A DNA stretch of 64,000 nucleotides from Eledone cirrhosa (taxonomy: Eukaryota): NCBI GenBank assembly GCA_964016885.1, contig OZ024741.1:10106001-10170000 (forward strand), in the 5' to 3' direction. Shown one piece after another: positions 40,531-53,500 of this stretch. The translations under genes and the position numbers were made by a program. The notes beneath the pieces were generated by a model. It was not told the DNA's origin and did no database searches. It saw only the letters and a program-made list of their open reading frames with translations. Every line of letters starts with the position of its first letter. Position 1 is the first letter of the stretch.

Positions 40531-42188
40531 ACAGTTGCATTTATCTTGCTTTATGTTCATACGAGTTATCACCAAGTCACCACCAGTGACCTCAAGAGAC
40601 AACAAGGTCCGCCATGTTCAAGAAAGAACATACATACTCACACATGCATCTTTAGTGTTTAGACTTGTGATGTACTTATATTGACAGCATCTTCCTTAGG
40701 ATATGGGCAGTTCCCATTAGTACTATCTTTTGTATTTCTCCTATACGCGGGTTTCCTGGGATTTGCGATAAGTAATCATTAGACCCCTTAGGTATCATTC
40801 CCAGAGGGCCTACAACCACTGGTATTGTTTTAGTTTTCAATTTCCACATTTTTCCAATTTCTATCTCCAGGTCCTTATACTTGCTCAATTTTTCAAATGT
40901 TTTTATAGATACATTCTTGTCTATTAGAATAGACATATCAATTAGCAGGCATACCCTCTTTTTAAAGTCCTTCAATATTATATCAGGTCTATTTGCATCT
41001 ATTTTTCGGTCTGTTTGGATGCTAAAGTTCCACAAGATTGAGATGTGATCTTTTTCAAGTATGGGAGGTGGTTGATGCTCCCACCAATTCTTTTGATGGG
41101 GCAGGTCAAAATGCTTACACATTATCTAATGTATGTATTGTGCAGCTCTGTCATGCCTGTTTAGGTATTCGGTTGGAGCTATAGGACTGCACATTGAAAT
41201 TATATGGTCAATGGTCTCTGGTTGTTTTTTGCATACACGGCATAATGGGCTGCATCCATTTTTTATTATGTTGGCTTGGTAATTTTTTGTTGGCAGACAC
41301 TGATCTTGTGCTGATATAATCAGTCCTTCAGTCTCCGATTTCAGTCCAGAGGATGCCAACCACTGATGGGTTAAAGTTTTCTCAACATCAGGATTGTTAG
41401 CTCGCTCTGGGTATTTTCCATACAGAGGCTTTTCTTGCCATTTCTTAGCCAGTTTCTGTAGCAGTTCTTTCTTTGCAGTTACTTTTACTTGCTTTGCTTT
41501 TTCTGTGTTTTCCATTTCAGCAGTAAATGAAACTTCTGAAATTTGTAGTCCATTACTGTATCTTTGTGCATCTTTTGTAATGGAATATGATCTTTTGATG
41601 CTTTCGTGTTTCAAAACGAGTTTGATCATCCAATCATGTGATTCCCTTAGATATGTAGATAATCGAATTGTTGCAGTTTTCAACGCAATGTCTAACTGGA
41701 TTAACCCACGTCCTCCTTCTTTCCTAGGGAGATATATTCTATCTGTATCTGCCTTAGGGTGATGCATTCTGTGCATGGTTAAGAATTTTCTAATTTTTGT
41801 ATCGAGCCTACGGATCTCTGTGCTTGACCAGTTGATAACATTGTAACTGTAGGTTACTACTGGTATGGCAAGCGTGTTTATGGCATCGATCCTATTCCTT
41901 GCATTCAATTCCGTTCTTAAGATTGCTCTTACTCTGCGGTAACATTCCTTCCTTATCCATTCCCTCATTGTCGAGTGCTTGATTCCGTCTCCTTCACAAA
42001 CACCTAGATATTTGTAAATTTTTTCTTGATCAAATTCTCTTATCATGTTCCCCCGATCAAGATTAATGTCTGAACTCTTCAGCAGCTTTCCTCTGGTGAA
42101 CGTTGCTTTGGCGCATTTATCTAGTCCAAACTCCATTTTACTGTCATCACTGAACTGCTCCACAGTGGATAATGGCCCTTGCAATTGT

Positions 42189-42190
<2 letters not shown>
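40531..42190 (-). mobile_element. Second R4/Dong-family element, 5'-truncated (end of RT, CCHC, RLE), one premature stop
   Basis: MEFGLDKCA, YKYLGV, RIYLPRKEGGRGL, CRVCKKQPETIDHIISMC, RHD, RPDIILKD..IDMSI..KYKDL; TAG at 41126-41128. Confidence 0.93.
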
Positions 42191-42229
<39 letters not shown>

Positions 42230-42445
42230 GAATGCTATGGTTGACGGAGGCTCGGCTCTGTAAGGTATTGTAAATTTTGACCGCTATAACAATTGTAAAT
42301 TGTTTAAAACTTTAACCAACTTGTAGACAAAAACACCCTCCTCCTCGTGAAAGGGGTCTTTCTGCCCGTTATTTGGCCCTTCGGGATTAAATAACTACTT
42401 ATTGGGGTTTTGTGCCCAATATTTATTTTAAACAAAAAAAACAAC

Positions 42446-44573
42446 ATGGCTACGAAAAAGAATTTTCATAGGTCACTCCCACTCATTCCGTCTTCTTCTT
42501 TCTCAATCGTCACTACAGCAGAGAGAAGATTGTCTCTGTCCCTCCCTTCTTTAAATGTGTCTCTCTCCCTCCCTTCTTTAAATGTGTCTCTCTCCCTCCC
42601 TTCTCTTTCGCAAGCGACGACAGAAAAGAAAAGTCTCGTGCAAAGCGAGCAAGATTTCTCCACAACGACGACAACGACGAAACAGGTGTGCGGGAAATAC
42701 GAAAACCCATTTCATTCGTCTGACGTCAGGAATAATAGCAGTAGCAGCCGTAATAACAACAGCAACAGTGACAATGAAAACAACAGTAGCAGCCGCAACA
42801 GCATCAGCAGCAGCATAAACAACGACAGCATTAGCAGCAGCAACAACAACAACAACAACCACAGCAACAGCGGCGGCGGCAGTAGTCGTAGTACCTGCAG
42901 CAACAACAAAAGTAACAGCAGCTCTGACGACAACAACAACAACAACAGCAGCAAAGAAAAACCAATCTCTTTGCAGGTATCGCGAAGAACCTGGAAACAA
43001 TCCTCATAACAAATAAGGAATTAGAGGAAGCGAAGAAGATGGTGACAAAAATTGGACACCGAGCAATCTGCAAGGCAGCGGAAAAAATTTTCGAAACCCA
43101 ACAGCACTGTACGGTCACGTACCGTACAGTAAGTACAAAATCCCGTAGGGTTGAAAGAGCCACAGAGGCTAAAATACAAAAAGCCTTGGGGTCTGTGTGG
43201 CAGTGGAAAACGCACATCACCCGAGGCAAGAAATATGCCACCGTAGACGTACTTTTTGCCACACCCCAGGAGGTAAAGGCTCAATCCGTAGTGACCCTAA
43301 GCGAGTAAATGGTGTTGGTGCCCTCCTACTGCGGGCAAAAAATTGTGAGGGTCAAACTGACCCATGTCCCCCCCGGGATGGCCCATTCTTGGCTGGCCGC
43401 GTCTGTCCTCGTCGGAATCGAGGACAAAACAACTGTACTGCAAGTACAGAAAAAAGTAAGAGAAGATTGGGTCGGCACTTCCATTAAGATGTTAATCCAA
43501 AACCAACCAGGAGTGCATCGAAGCTATCCCGGATGTGATAGACTTCGATAACGGCACTCAGCTGCCCATAAGTGTTGAGGGCAAACGCCCGAAATGCTTT
43601 CGCTGTGGATCGAAGACTCACCTCAGGGCCTTCTGCAACGAGAAGACCCTGAGAAAGGAGAAAACCCCCCTCCTTCCAAAACCGGCTCCACGGCTACCAG
43701 CAACAGGACAAGCGGCAACCAGGAACAATAGGTCCGTGGCACCCATACCCAGGCCACGGAAATCAAAAACATCAGCAGCAGTGGAAGTATTATCAACAAC
43801 AACAGCAACACCAAATGAAGCTGCAACAGAGACTCCAGTGCAAACATCACCAACAACAACAAGTGAAAGAGTGGAGCTGGTACCCCTCCCCGACCTCACA
43901 GAATCAGACATGGAGTGTGAGGTGGGAGAGGGATGGCAAAAGGTCGTAAGAAGGCACAAACGCAGAAGCAGCGCATCGTCGCCTTTGAAAAGGGAGGAAA
44001 GAAATGAAAAAAGGGTAAAGTCTACTGCAAAGAAACTCACAGTAGCAACACCACCAACACCATCACCACCCACACTAGCACCACCATCACCACCGGCGAC
44101 AACCCCACCGCCAACAACACCTTCAACACCACCACCACAAGCACCAACATTGCAAACACAACAACAAAACACACACCCAGTAACAACGACAAGAAAATAG
44201 CAGAACCACACCCCACCCCCAGAAAAACAAATGCACGGCAATAAATACACACAACAAGAAACTAATGACTTACATAATTGAACACACAGACATTTCACAA
44301 CACGACTACATAATACCAGCACCAATCAAAACGCCAACTAACATAAGACTGCTAAAAATAGCACAGAAACAATACACAAACATTAAAACGAAATTCCCCA
44401 ACGCAGTTGGTGATTTCAGAGACCTAGGAGGAACTCTCAACCGAAGAGTATATTCGGACATACTCATAGAAGGGCCGACGACCAGCCGAAGGGACGATTC
44501 AACGGTCCCTTCACCAGACGATCAAGTGAAAAGGGATGGAAAAACCATCCCTCCCCTACGAAAAGTACGGTAA
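42446..44573 (+). pseudogene. Tx1 ORF1, frameshifted
   Basis: MATKKNF..., CFRCGSKTHLRAFC; split into five ORF pieces. Confidence 0.9.
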
Positions 44574-44608
44574 GTGGTCTTTCCCATCTTTTCGACTCTA
44601 TATTAAAC

Positions 44609-47600
44609 ATGACCTCACTCAGAATAGGCATCATAAATGCGCGTGGTTTGGGGTCGTCATGGAAGCAGGGTCACCTGCACAACGACCTCAGGTCACTAAA
44701 CATAGATGTAGTGGCCATCAGCGAGACCAGAATCTCCGAAGCACGGGCCTTCGCACCGATCTTCAGCGGCTACGATGTGTACGCATCTCCCAGCCGTCCT
44801 GGATCGGGGGGAGGAGTTGCTGTGCTTTTTCAGAGAGGTTTGGATCTCGCCATACGGGCCATCTTCCTGGACCCAGAGTGTAAGTTGGTGGTGCTGGACG
44901 TGACCAGCGGAGACGGGCAAGCTTTCAGGCTAGTGGCCGTCTATGCCCCGACAGGAGCAGGGCGGCCTGATTTCTTCCGGCGTCTGGAGACCTTTCTTGG
45001 AACGTCCCGCTCTTTAGTGTTAGTGGGCGACTGGAACGGGATCTTAGATGCACGCTGGGACTGTGTGGGATTAGCGGATAAGGGTGGAGGGTGCAAGAGC
45101 CTCACCAAACTGCTCAGGCGTTTTGAACTGTCTGACAAGTACCGATTGGATTTCCCGAATGTGCCAATTTGGACGTGGACAAATCGCATAGGGTCATCCA
45201 GATCATATCTAGATAGAGTATTTTGTAGGGAAATAGATAGGTCTAGCATAGGCTGTCCACAATTCAAGATAGTCAGCTACACGGACCACAAATTCGTGAT
45301 CTGTGTGCTTGACTTAGATAGGCTTCATAGACGAGGACCCGGCTACTGGAAGCTAAACGAGTCCTTACCAGCGCGCAAGGCCTACAGAGACCGGATTAGC
45401 GAACTAGTTAAGCGGGCGTTGACGGAGGCCATCGTCAACAACAAGTGGTGGTTTGCTCTGAAAAGAGCGATTAGAATAGAATCGATTAGGTTTAGTAAGG
45501 CTTTAGCAATAGAGAAAAATAGAGCAGAAGGAGAACTAGTTAGAAAATTAGACGAGGCGCTTAGCAAAGGCATTGCGACCGACGTGCTTGCGGCGAAATT
45601 GGCCCTTGACCAATTCTTCAATGCAAAGCACGAAGGCTGCGTTGTCAGAGCAAGGGTGCTCTCAGACACGAGGGGACGAAAGCCGTTCAATGGGCCCGAG
45701 TGGCGGAGGCGCGTCGTGGCAACAAAGCCAGGATCCGGTCTTTGGTGGACCACGACGGTCGCATGCTACTCGTTCCCGGGCAAATGTGTGAAGCTTTTCA
45801 GCGACACTTCGCACAGCTGTTCGGGGGCAGCGGTGGGCCGAGTCGAGGGATGGACTTTAGTGTCTACCTCGACAGACTGCCGCGGCTCTCGGCCACTGAG
45901 GCGAAGTGTTGCGAAAAGCCGATAACAGCCGCTGAAGTAAGGGAGGCAATGCCTGGCTGCACAAGGGGTAAATCGCCTGGTTTGGATGGTCTGCCCTATG
46001 AACTTTACTTACAGATGCCAGACTTGTTCGGAGGCCTCTTGGCGGACGTCTACTGCAACTGGCAACAGAACGGGAGAATTCCCAGTTCTGTGAGCCGAGG
46101 AGCGGTGGCACTGCTGAGAAAGGATCCGAACAAGGGGGATAATAGATAATTTCCGGCCCATAACTCTGCTGAACACAGAGTTCAAGATTTTGGCCAAGGT
46201 GCTAGCAAACAGGTTGGCGCTTGTCGTTGGTTGTCTGGTGGGAGAGGCGCAGACATGCGCCATTCCCGACAGATCCATCCACGACAACCTCCACCTCATG
46301 CGATACATCGTAGAGAGGGTAGCTAGGGAACCTGGCACGGGTGGGTCGTTGATCAATTTAGATCAGTCGAAAGCTTTCGATAGGGTCGACCATCGTTACC
46401 TAGCGGCAGTCCTGAGGGCGGCTGGCTTTGGGCCCGTCTTCAGAGGCTGGATCGCTGCCATGCACAGCGACATCTGCTCTGTGGTGAGAGTGAACGGTCA
46501 CCTTTCGGAACCGTTCAACATCATGCGCTCGGTCCGCCAAGGATGTCCCCTCTCGTCCCTCTTGTACGTATTGACTATCGAGCCATTACTGCACAAACTG
46601 GAGACGTTGAGGGGCGTCCCGCGCGAACTAGGATGCGGAAGATCCGTGTCAGCATATGCGGACGGTGTCAGCATATGCGGACGATGTCACCGTAGTGGTG
46701 TCGAACGCCAAACACATCGAGGCGATCGGCACTACTCTAAGAGAATACGAAGCGGTGACAGGAGCAATGATCAACGAGGAAAAGTCAGTGGGCCTGAAGC
46801 TCGGCACCTGGAGAGGCAGGTCCATGCCGTCCAACAGCGTCGTCGGACGCTGGACAGACGGACCGGTTAAATTGCTAGGGGTCTGGTTCGGTCCGGACCT
46901 CCAGACGGACAAAAACTGGGACAAGGTGACGAGCAGGGTGGCTTCTCTCACCCAGAAATAGGCGGAGAGGAAGCTATCCCTGAAAGGTCGAGCGGAGGTG
47001 GCTAACGCGTACATCGCATCTGTCATCTGCTACCGCCTGACCGTCGTACCTTGTCCTAAGCCTCGCCTGACTGCGCTGGAGCGTTTGCTCTTTCGCTTTT
47101 TGTGGAAGGGACGCGCTCCGATGGTCATCGGTCCATCTGTTGTCAACACACGCTACGTGGAGGGCTGGGCATGCCGTGGCTGATGATGCGCAGGCACGCA
47201 CTCAGGCTACGACATCTCCTCCTCTTCCTCGACGGTGATCAGGTGTGGTCGCCGTTTGCTAGACACGTATTTCCCCAGCTCGTTTCCTTGACGGAGCTGC
47301 AGACCTGGGTCAAGCGAAGACCGAGAGGGAGCGCCTGCAGACTGGAATGTCTTCAGGCGCTCACAGCCCTCGACCAATCGGGCAATGTGATCGGTGGAAA
47401 CTCCACCTCGGCGTCCTATAGAGGATTAGTGGAGGGGAAGAGCGACGACGTACTTGGGGAAACTCTAGGCGTCGACGAAAATCAACTAGCCAATCTCTTC
47501 GGAAGAACTTTCGGGCCGGGGCCTATGGACAACTTCCAGAAATCTCTGGCCTGGCAGTGCTACCGAGGAGCCGTGCCAGTTCGGGATAAACTCTACAGGC

Positions 47601-47880
47601 ATGGAGGTGCCGTCAGCCGGGCATGTCCGAGATGCGCGCAGGGCGACGAAACCGTCTGGTGGCCATGGCGAAAGAGATAGTATGGTGGACACGTTTGAAA
47701 GGGCTGAAGACGAGCACTTACCTCTTCGGTGATGCTCTGATTGACTTTTTCAAATTTCATTTGAAAAGGAAAATCAGAGTAGAGAGGGAAGTGCTCTCTT
47801 CCCAGCATTTTGTTGAAAGATGGGTGAGAGAAGCAAGAATGGCCCGAGTGAATGGGCCTACTCTGACTATGTGTCTGTAA
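44609..47880 (+). pseudogene. Tx1 ORF2, disrupted (frameshifts, 19-bp duplication at YADD, ~160-bp deletion near 47656)
   Basis: Comparison with the intact copy E. Confidence 0.93.
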
Positions 47881-48325
47881 ATTAAAGGTGGAAAACTGGG
47901 AGAGGGCACTTGCCTTGGTGATCAGGGTCACTGTGGCCTTTTACTGGGCTTTCTCCACAAATGTCCCTCCGAAGTCTCCCCCTATTGGGGAATTTTTCAT
48001 TGTTATTTTTTGTTACATCCTCTGTTTTTGTTTTTTACACGCAGAAATGCCCATTTGTACCGTCCTGTATTGTCCTGCACTGTCCTTAATGTCTACTTTA
48101 TGTAAACCCTTGTGGTTAATAAAGAAATCATTATTATTATTATTATTATTATTGAATGCCATGGTTGACGGAGGCTCGGCTCTGTAAGGTATAGTAATTT
48201 TTAACCGTTAAAACAATTGTAAATTGTTTAAAACTTGAACCAAATTGTTGATAAAGACACCCTCCTCCTCGTGAGAGGGGTCTTTCTGTCCGTTATTTGG
48301 CCCTTCGGGGTTAAATAACCAGTTA

Positions 48326-50479
48326 TTGGGGTTTTGTAACCAAAATTTCATTTTAAGCAAAAAACAACATGGCTACGCTACAAAAAAGAAATTTCATACG
48401 TCACTCCCACTCATTCCGTCTTCTTCTTCCTCAATCATCACTACAGCAGAGAGAAGATTGTCTCTCTCCCTCCCTTCTTTAAATGTGTCTCTCTCCCTCC
48501 CTTCTCTTTCGCAAGTGACGAAAGAAAAGAAAAGTCTCGTGCAAAGCGTGCAAGGTTTCTCCACGACGACGACGACAGCGACGAAACAGGTGTGCGGGAA
48601 ATACGAAAACCCAGTTCATTCGTCTGACGTCAGGAATAATAGCAGTAGCAGCCGTAATAACAACAGCAACAGTGACAATGAAAACAACAGTAGCAGCCGC
48701 AACAGCATCACCAGCAGCATAAACAACAACAGCATTAGCAGCAGCAACACCAACAACAACCACAGCAACAGCGGCGGAGGCAGTAGTCGTAGTACCTGCA
48801 GCAACAACAAAAGTACCAGCAGCTCTGACGACAACAACAACAGCAGAGAAAAACCAATCTCATTTGCAGGTATTGCGAAAAACTTGGAAACAATCCTCAT
48901 AACAAATGAGGAATTAGAGGAAGCGAAGAAGATGGTGACAAAGAACGGACACCGAGCAATCTGCAAGGCAGCGAAAAATTTTTTCGAAACCCAAGAGCAC
49001 TGTACGGTCACGTACCGTACAGTAAGTACAAAATCCCGTAGGGTGGAAAGAGCTACAGAGGCCCAAATACAAAAAGCCTTGGGGTCTGTGTGGCAGAGGA
49101 AAACGCACATCACCCGAGGCAAAAAATACGCCACCGTAGACGTACTTTTTGCCACACCCCAGGAGGCAAAGGCCCAATCAGTAGTGACCCTAAGGAGCGA
49201 GGAAATGGTGTTAGTGCCCTCCTACTGCGGGCAAAAAATTGTGAGGGTCAAACTGACCCACGCCCCCCCCCCCCCCCCCGGAATGACCCCTTCTTGGCTG
49301 GCCGCGTCTGTCCTCGTCGGAATCGAGGACAAAACAACTGTACTGCAAGTACAGAAAAAAGTAAGAGAAGATTGGGTCGGCTCCTCCATTGAGATGCTAA
49401 TCCAAACCAACCAGGAGTGCATCGAAGCTATCCCGGATGTGATAGACTTCGATAACGGCACTCAACTGCCCATAAGTGTTGAGGGCAAACGCCCGAAATG
49501 CTTTCGCTGTGGATCGAAGACTCACCTCAGGGCCTTCTGCAACGAGAAGACCCTGAGAAAGGAGAAAACCCCCCTCCTTCCAAAACCGGCTCCACGGCTA
49601 CCAGCAACAGGACAAGCGGCAACCAGGAACGATAGGTCCGTGGCACCCATACCCACTCCACGGAAATCAAAGACAGCAGCAGCAGTGGAAATATTAACAA
49701 CAACAACAGCAATACCAAATGCAGCTGCAACAGAGACTCCAGTGCAAACATCACCAACAACAACAAGTGAAAGAGTGGAGCTGGTACCCCTCCCCGACCT
49801 TACAGAATCAGACATGGAGTGTGAGGTGGGAGAGGGATGGCAAAAGGTCGCAAGAAGGCACAAACGGAGAAGCAGCGCATCGTCGCCTTTGAAAAGGGAG
49901 GAAAGAAATGAGAAAAGGGTAAAGTCTACTGCAAAGAGACCCACAGCAGCAACACCACCAACACCATCACCACCCACACCAGCACCACCATCACCACCGG
50001 CGACAACCCCACCGCCAACAACACCTTCAACACCACCACCACAAGCACCAACATCGCAAACACAACAACAAAACACACACACCCAGCAACAACGACAAGA
50101 AAATAGCAGAACCACACCCCACCCCCAGAAAAACAAATGCACGGCAATAAACACACACAACAAGAAACTAATGACTTACATAATTGAACACACAGACATT
50201 TCACAACAGGACTACATAATACCAGCACCAATCAAAACGCCAACTAACATAAGACTGCTAAAAATAGCACAGAAACAATACACAAACATTAAAACGAAAT
50301 TCCCCAACGCAGTTGGTGATTTCAGGGACCTAGGAGGAACCATCAATCGAAGAGTATATTCAGACATTCTCTCAGAAGAGCCGACGACCAGCCGAAGGGA
50401 CGATTCAACGGTCCCTTCACCAGACGATCAAGTGAAAAGGGATGTAAAAACCATCCCTCCTCTACCAAAAGTACGGTAA
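48326..50479 (+). CDS. Tx1 ORF1 nucleic-acid-binding protein (CX2CX4HX4C knuckle). The frame is open, but the native ATG (48369) is shifted out; first in-frame ATG is 48932
   Basis: 717-codon open frame; CFRCGSKTHLRAFC; S/N-rich and P/T-rich tracts. Confidence 0.85.
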   Translation: MGFCNQNFILSKKQHGYATKKKFHTSLPLIPSSSSSIITTAERRLSLSLPSLNVSLSLPSLSQVTKEKKSLVQSVQGFSTTTTTATKQVCGKYENPVHSSDVRNNSSSSRNNNSNSDNENNSSSRNSITSSINNNSISSSNTNNNHSNSGGGSSRSTCSNNKSTSSSDDNNNSREKPISFAGIAKNLETILITNEELEEAKKMVTKNGHRAICKAAKNFFETQEHCTVTYRTVSTKSRRVERATEAQIQKALGSVWQRKTHITRGKKYATVDVLFATPQEAKAQSVVTLRSEEMVLVPSYCGQKIVRVKLTHAPPPPPGMTPSWLAASVLVGIEDKTTVLQVQKKVREDWVGSSIEMLIQTNQECIEAIPDVIDFDNGTQLPISVEGKRPKCFRCGSKTHLRAFCNEKTLRKEKTPLLPKPAPRLPATGQAATRNDRSVAPIPTPRKSKTAAAVEILTTTTAIPNAAATETPVQTSPTTTSERVELVPLPDLTESDMECEVGEGWQKVARRHKRRSSASSPLKREERNEKRVKSTAKRPTAATPPTPSPPTPAPPSPPATTPPPTTPSTPPPQAPTSQTQQQNTHTQQQRQENSRTTPHPQKNKCTAINTHNKKLMTYIIEHTDISQQDYIIPAPIKTPTNIRLLKIAQKQYTNIKTKFPNAVGDFRDLGGTINRRVYSDILSEEPTTSRRDDSTVPSPDDQVKRDVKTIPPLPKVR

Positions 50480-50514
50480 GTGGTCTTTCCCATCTTTTCC
50501 ACTCTATTTTAAAC

Positions 50515-53500
50515 ATGACCTCACTCAGAATAGGCAGCATAAATGCGCGTGGCTTGGGTTCGTCATGGAAGCAGGGTCACCTGCTCAACGACCTCAGGTC
50601 ACTAAACATAGATGTAGTGGCCATCAGCGAGACCAGAATCTCCGAAGCACGGGCCTTCGCACCGATCTTCGGCGGCTACGATGTGTACGCATCTCCCAGC
50701 CGTCCTGGATCGGGTGGAGGAGTTGCTGTGCTTTTTCGGAGAGGTTTGGATCTCGCCATACGGGCCATCTTCCTGGACCCAGAGGGTAAGCTGGTGGTGC
50801 TGGACGTGACCAGCGGAGACGGGCAAGCTTTCAGGCTAGTGGCCGTCTATGCCCCCACAGGAGCAGGGCGGCCTGATTTCTTCCGGCGTCTGGAGACCTT
50901 TCTTGGAACGTCCCGCTCTTTAGTGTTAGAGGGCGACTGGAACGGGATCTTAGATGCACGCTGGGACTGTGTGGGATTAGCGGATAGGGGTGGAGGGTGC
51001 AAGAGCCTCACCAACCTGCTCAGGCGTTTTGAACTGTCTGACAGGTACCGATTGGATTTCCCGAATGTGCCAATGTGGACTTGGACAAACCGCATAGGGT
51101 CATCCAGATCATATCTAGATAGAGTATTTTGTAGGGAAATAGATAGGTCTAGCATAGGCTGTCCACAATTCAAGATAGTCAGCTACACGGACCACAAATT
51201 CGTGACCTGTGTGCTTGACTTAGATAGGCTTCATAGACGAGGACCCGGCTACTGGAAGCTAAACGCGTCCTTACCAGCGCGCAAGGCCTACAGAGACCGG
51301 ATTAGCGAACTAGTTAAGCGGGCGTTGACGGGGGCCATCGTCAACAACAAGTGGTGGTTTGCTCTGAAAAGAGCGATTAGAATAGAATCGATTAGGTTTA
51401 GTAAGGCTTTAGCAATAGAGAAAAATAGAGCAGAGGGAGAACTAGTTAGAAAATTAGACGAGGCGCTTAGCAAAGGCATTGCGACCGACGTGCTTGCGGC
51501 GAAATTGGCCCTTGACCAATTCTTCAATGCAAAGCACGAAGGCTGCGTTGTCAGAGCTAGGGTGCGTGCTCTCAGACACGAGGGGACGAAAGCCGTTCAA
51601 TGGGCCCGAGTGGCGGAGGCGCGTCGTGGCAACAAAGCCAGGATCCGGTCTTTGGTGGACCACGACGGGCGCATGCTACTCGATCCCGGGCAAATGTGTG
51701 AAGCTTTTCAGCGACACTTCGCTCAGCTGTTCGGGGGCAGCGGGGGGCCGGGTAGAGGGATGGACTTTAGTGTCTACCTCGACGGACTGCCGCGGCTCTC
51801 GGCCACTGAGGCGAAGTGTTGCGAAAAGCCGATAACAGCCGCTGAAGTACGGGAGGCAATGACTGGCTGCACAAGGGGTAAATCGCCTGGTTTGGATGGT
51901 CTGCCCTATGAACTTTACGTACAGATGCCAGACTTGTTCGGAGGCCTCTTGGCGGACGTCTACTGCAACTGGCAACAGAACGGGAGAATTCCCAGTTCTG
52001 TGAGCCGAGGATCGGTGGCACTGCTGAGAAAGGATCCGAACAAGGGGGATAACATAGACAATTTCCGGCCCATAACTCTGCTAAACACAGAGTTTAAGAT
52101 TTTGGCCAAGGTGCTAGCAAAGAGGTTGGCGCTTGTCGTTGGTGGTCTGGTGGGAGAGGCGCAGACATGCGCCATTCCCGACAGATCCATCCACGACAAC
52201 CTCCACCTCATGCGATACATCGTAGAGAGGGTAGCTAGGGAACCTGGCACGGGTGGGTCCTTGATCAATTTAGATCAGTCGAAAGCTTTCGATAGGGTCG
52301 ACCATCGTTACCTAGCGGCAGTCCTGAGGGCGGCTGGCTTTGGGCCCGTCTTCAGAGGCTGGATCGCTGCCATGCACAGCGACATCTGCTCTGTGGTGAG
52401 AGTGAACGGTCACCTGTCGGAACCGTTCAACATCATGCGCTCGGTCCGCCAAGGATGTCCCCTCTCGTCCCTCTTGTACGTATTGACTCTCGAGCCATTA
52501 CTGCACAAACTGGAGACGTTGAGGGGAGTCCCGCGCGAACTAGGATGCGGAAGATCCGTGTCAGCATATGCGGACGATGTCACCGTAGTGGTGTCGAACG
52601 CCAAACACATCGAGGCGATCGGCACTACACTAAGAGAATACGAAGCTGTGACAGGAGCAATGATCAACCAGGAAAAGTCAGTGGGCCTGCAGCTCGGCAC
52701 CTGGAGAGGCAGGTCCATGCCGTCCAACAGCGTCGTCGGGCGCTGGACGGACGGACCGGTTAAATTGCTAGGGGTCTGGTTCGGTCCGGACCTCCAGACG
52801 GACAAAAACTGGGACGAGGTGACGAGCAGGGTGGCTTCTCTCATCCAGAAATGGGCGGAGAGGAAGCTATCCCTGAAAGGTCGAGCGGAGGTGGCTAACG
52901 CGTACATCGCGTCTGTCATCTGCTACCGCCTAACCGTCGTACCTTGTCCTAAGCCTCGCCTGACTGCGCTGGAGCGTTTGCTCTTTCGCTTTTTGTGGAT
53001 GGGACGTGCTCCGATGGTCAGGCGGTCCATCTGTTGTCAACACCCGCTACGTGGAGGGCTGGGCATGCCGTGGCTGATGATGCGCAGGCACGCGCTCAGG
53101 CTACGACATCTCCACCTCTTCCTCGACGGTGATCAGGTGTGGTCGCCGTTTGCTAGACGCGTTTTTCCCCAGCTCGTTTCCTTGACGGAGCTGCAGTCCT
53201 GGGTCAAGCGAAGACCGAGAGGGAGCGCCTGGAGACTGGAATGTCTTCAGGCGCTCACAGCCCTCGACCAATCGGGCAATGTGATCGGTGGAAACTCCAC
53301 CTCGGCGTTCTATAGAGGATTAGTGGAGGGGAAGAGCGACGACGTACTTGGGGAAACTCTAGGCGTCGACGAAAATCAACTAGCCAATCTCTTCGGAAGA
53401 ACTTTCGGGCCAGGGCCTATGGACAACTTCCAGAAATCTCTGGCCTGGCAGTGCTACCGAGGAGCCTTGCCAGTTCGGGATAAACTCTACAGGCATGGAG

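Larger units (their letters stand above)
42230..48129 (+). mobile_element. Full-length Tx1-clade LINE (copy D), decayed
   Basis: Collinear with 48154-54184; preceded and followed by (ATT)n. Confidence 0.95.
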
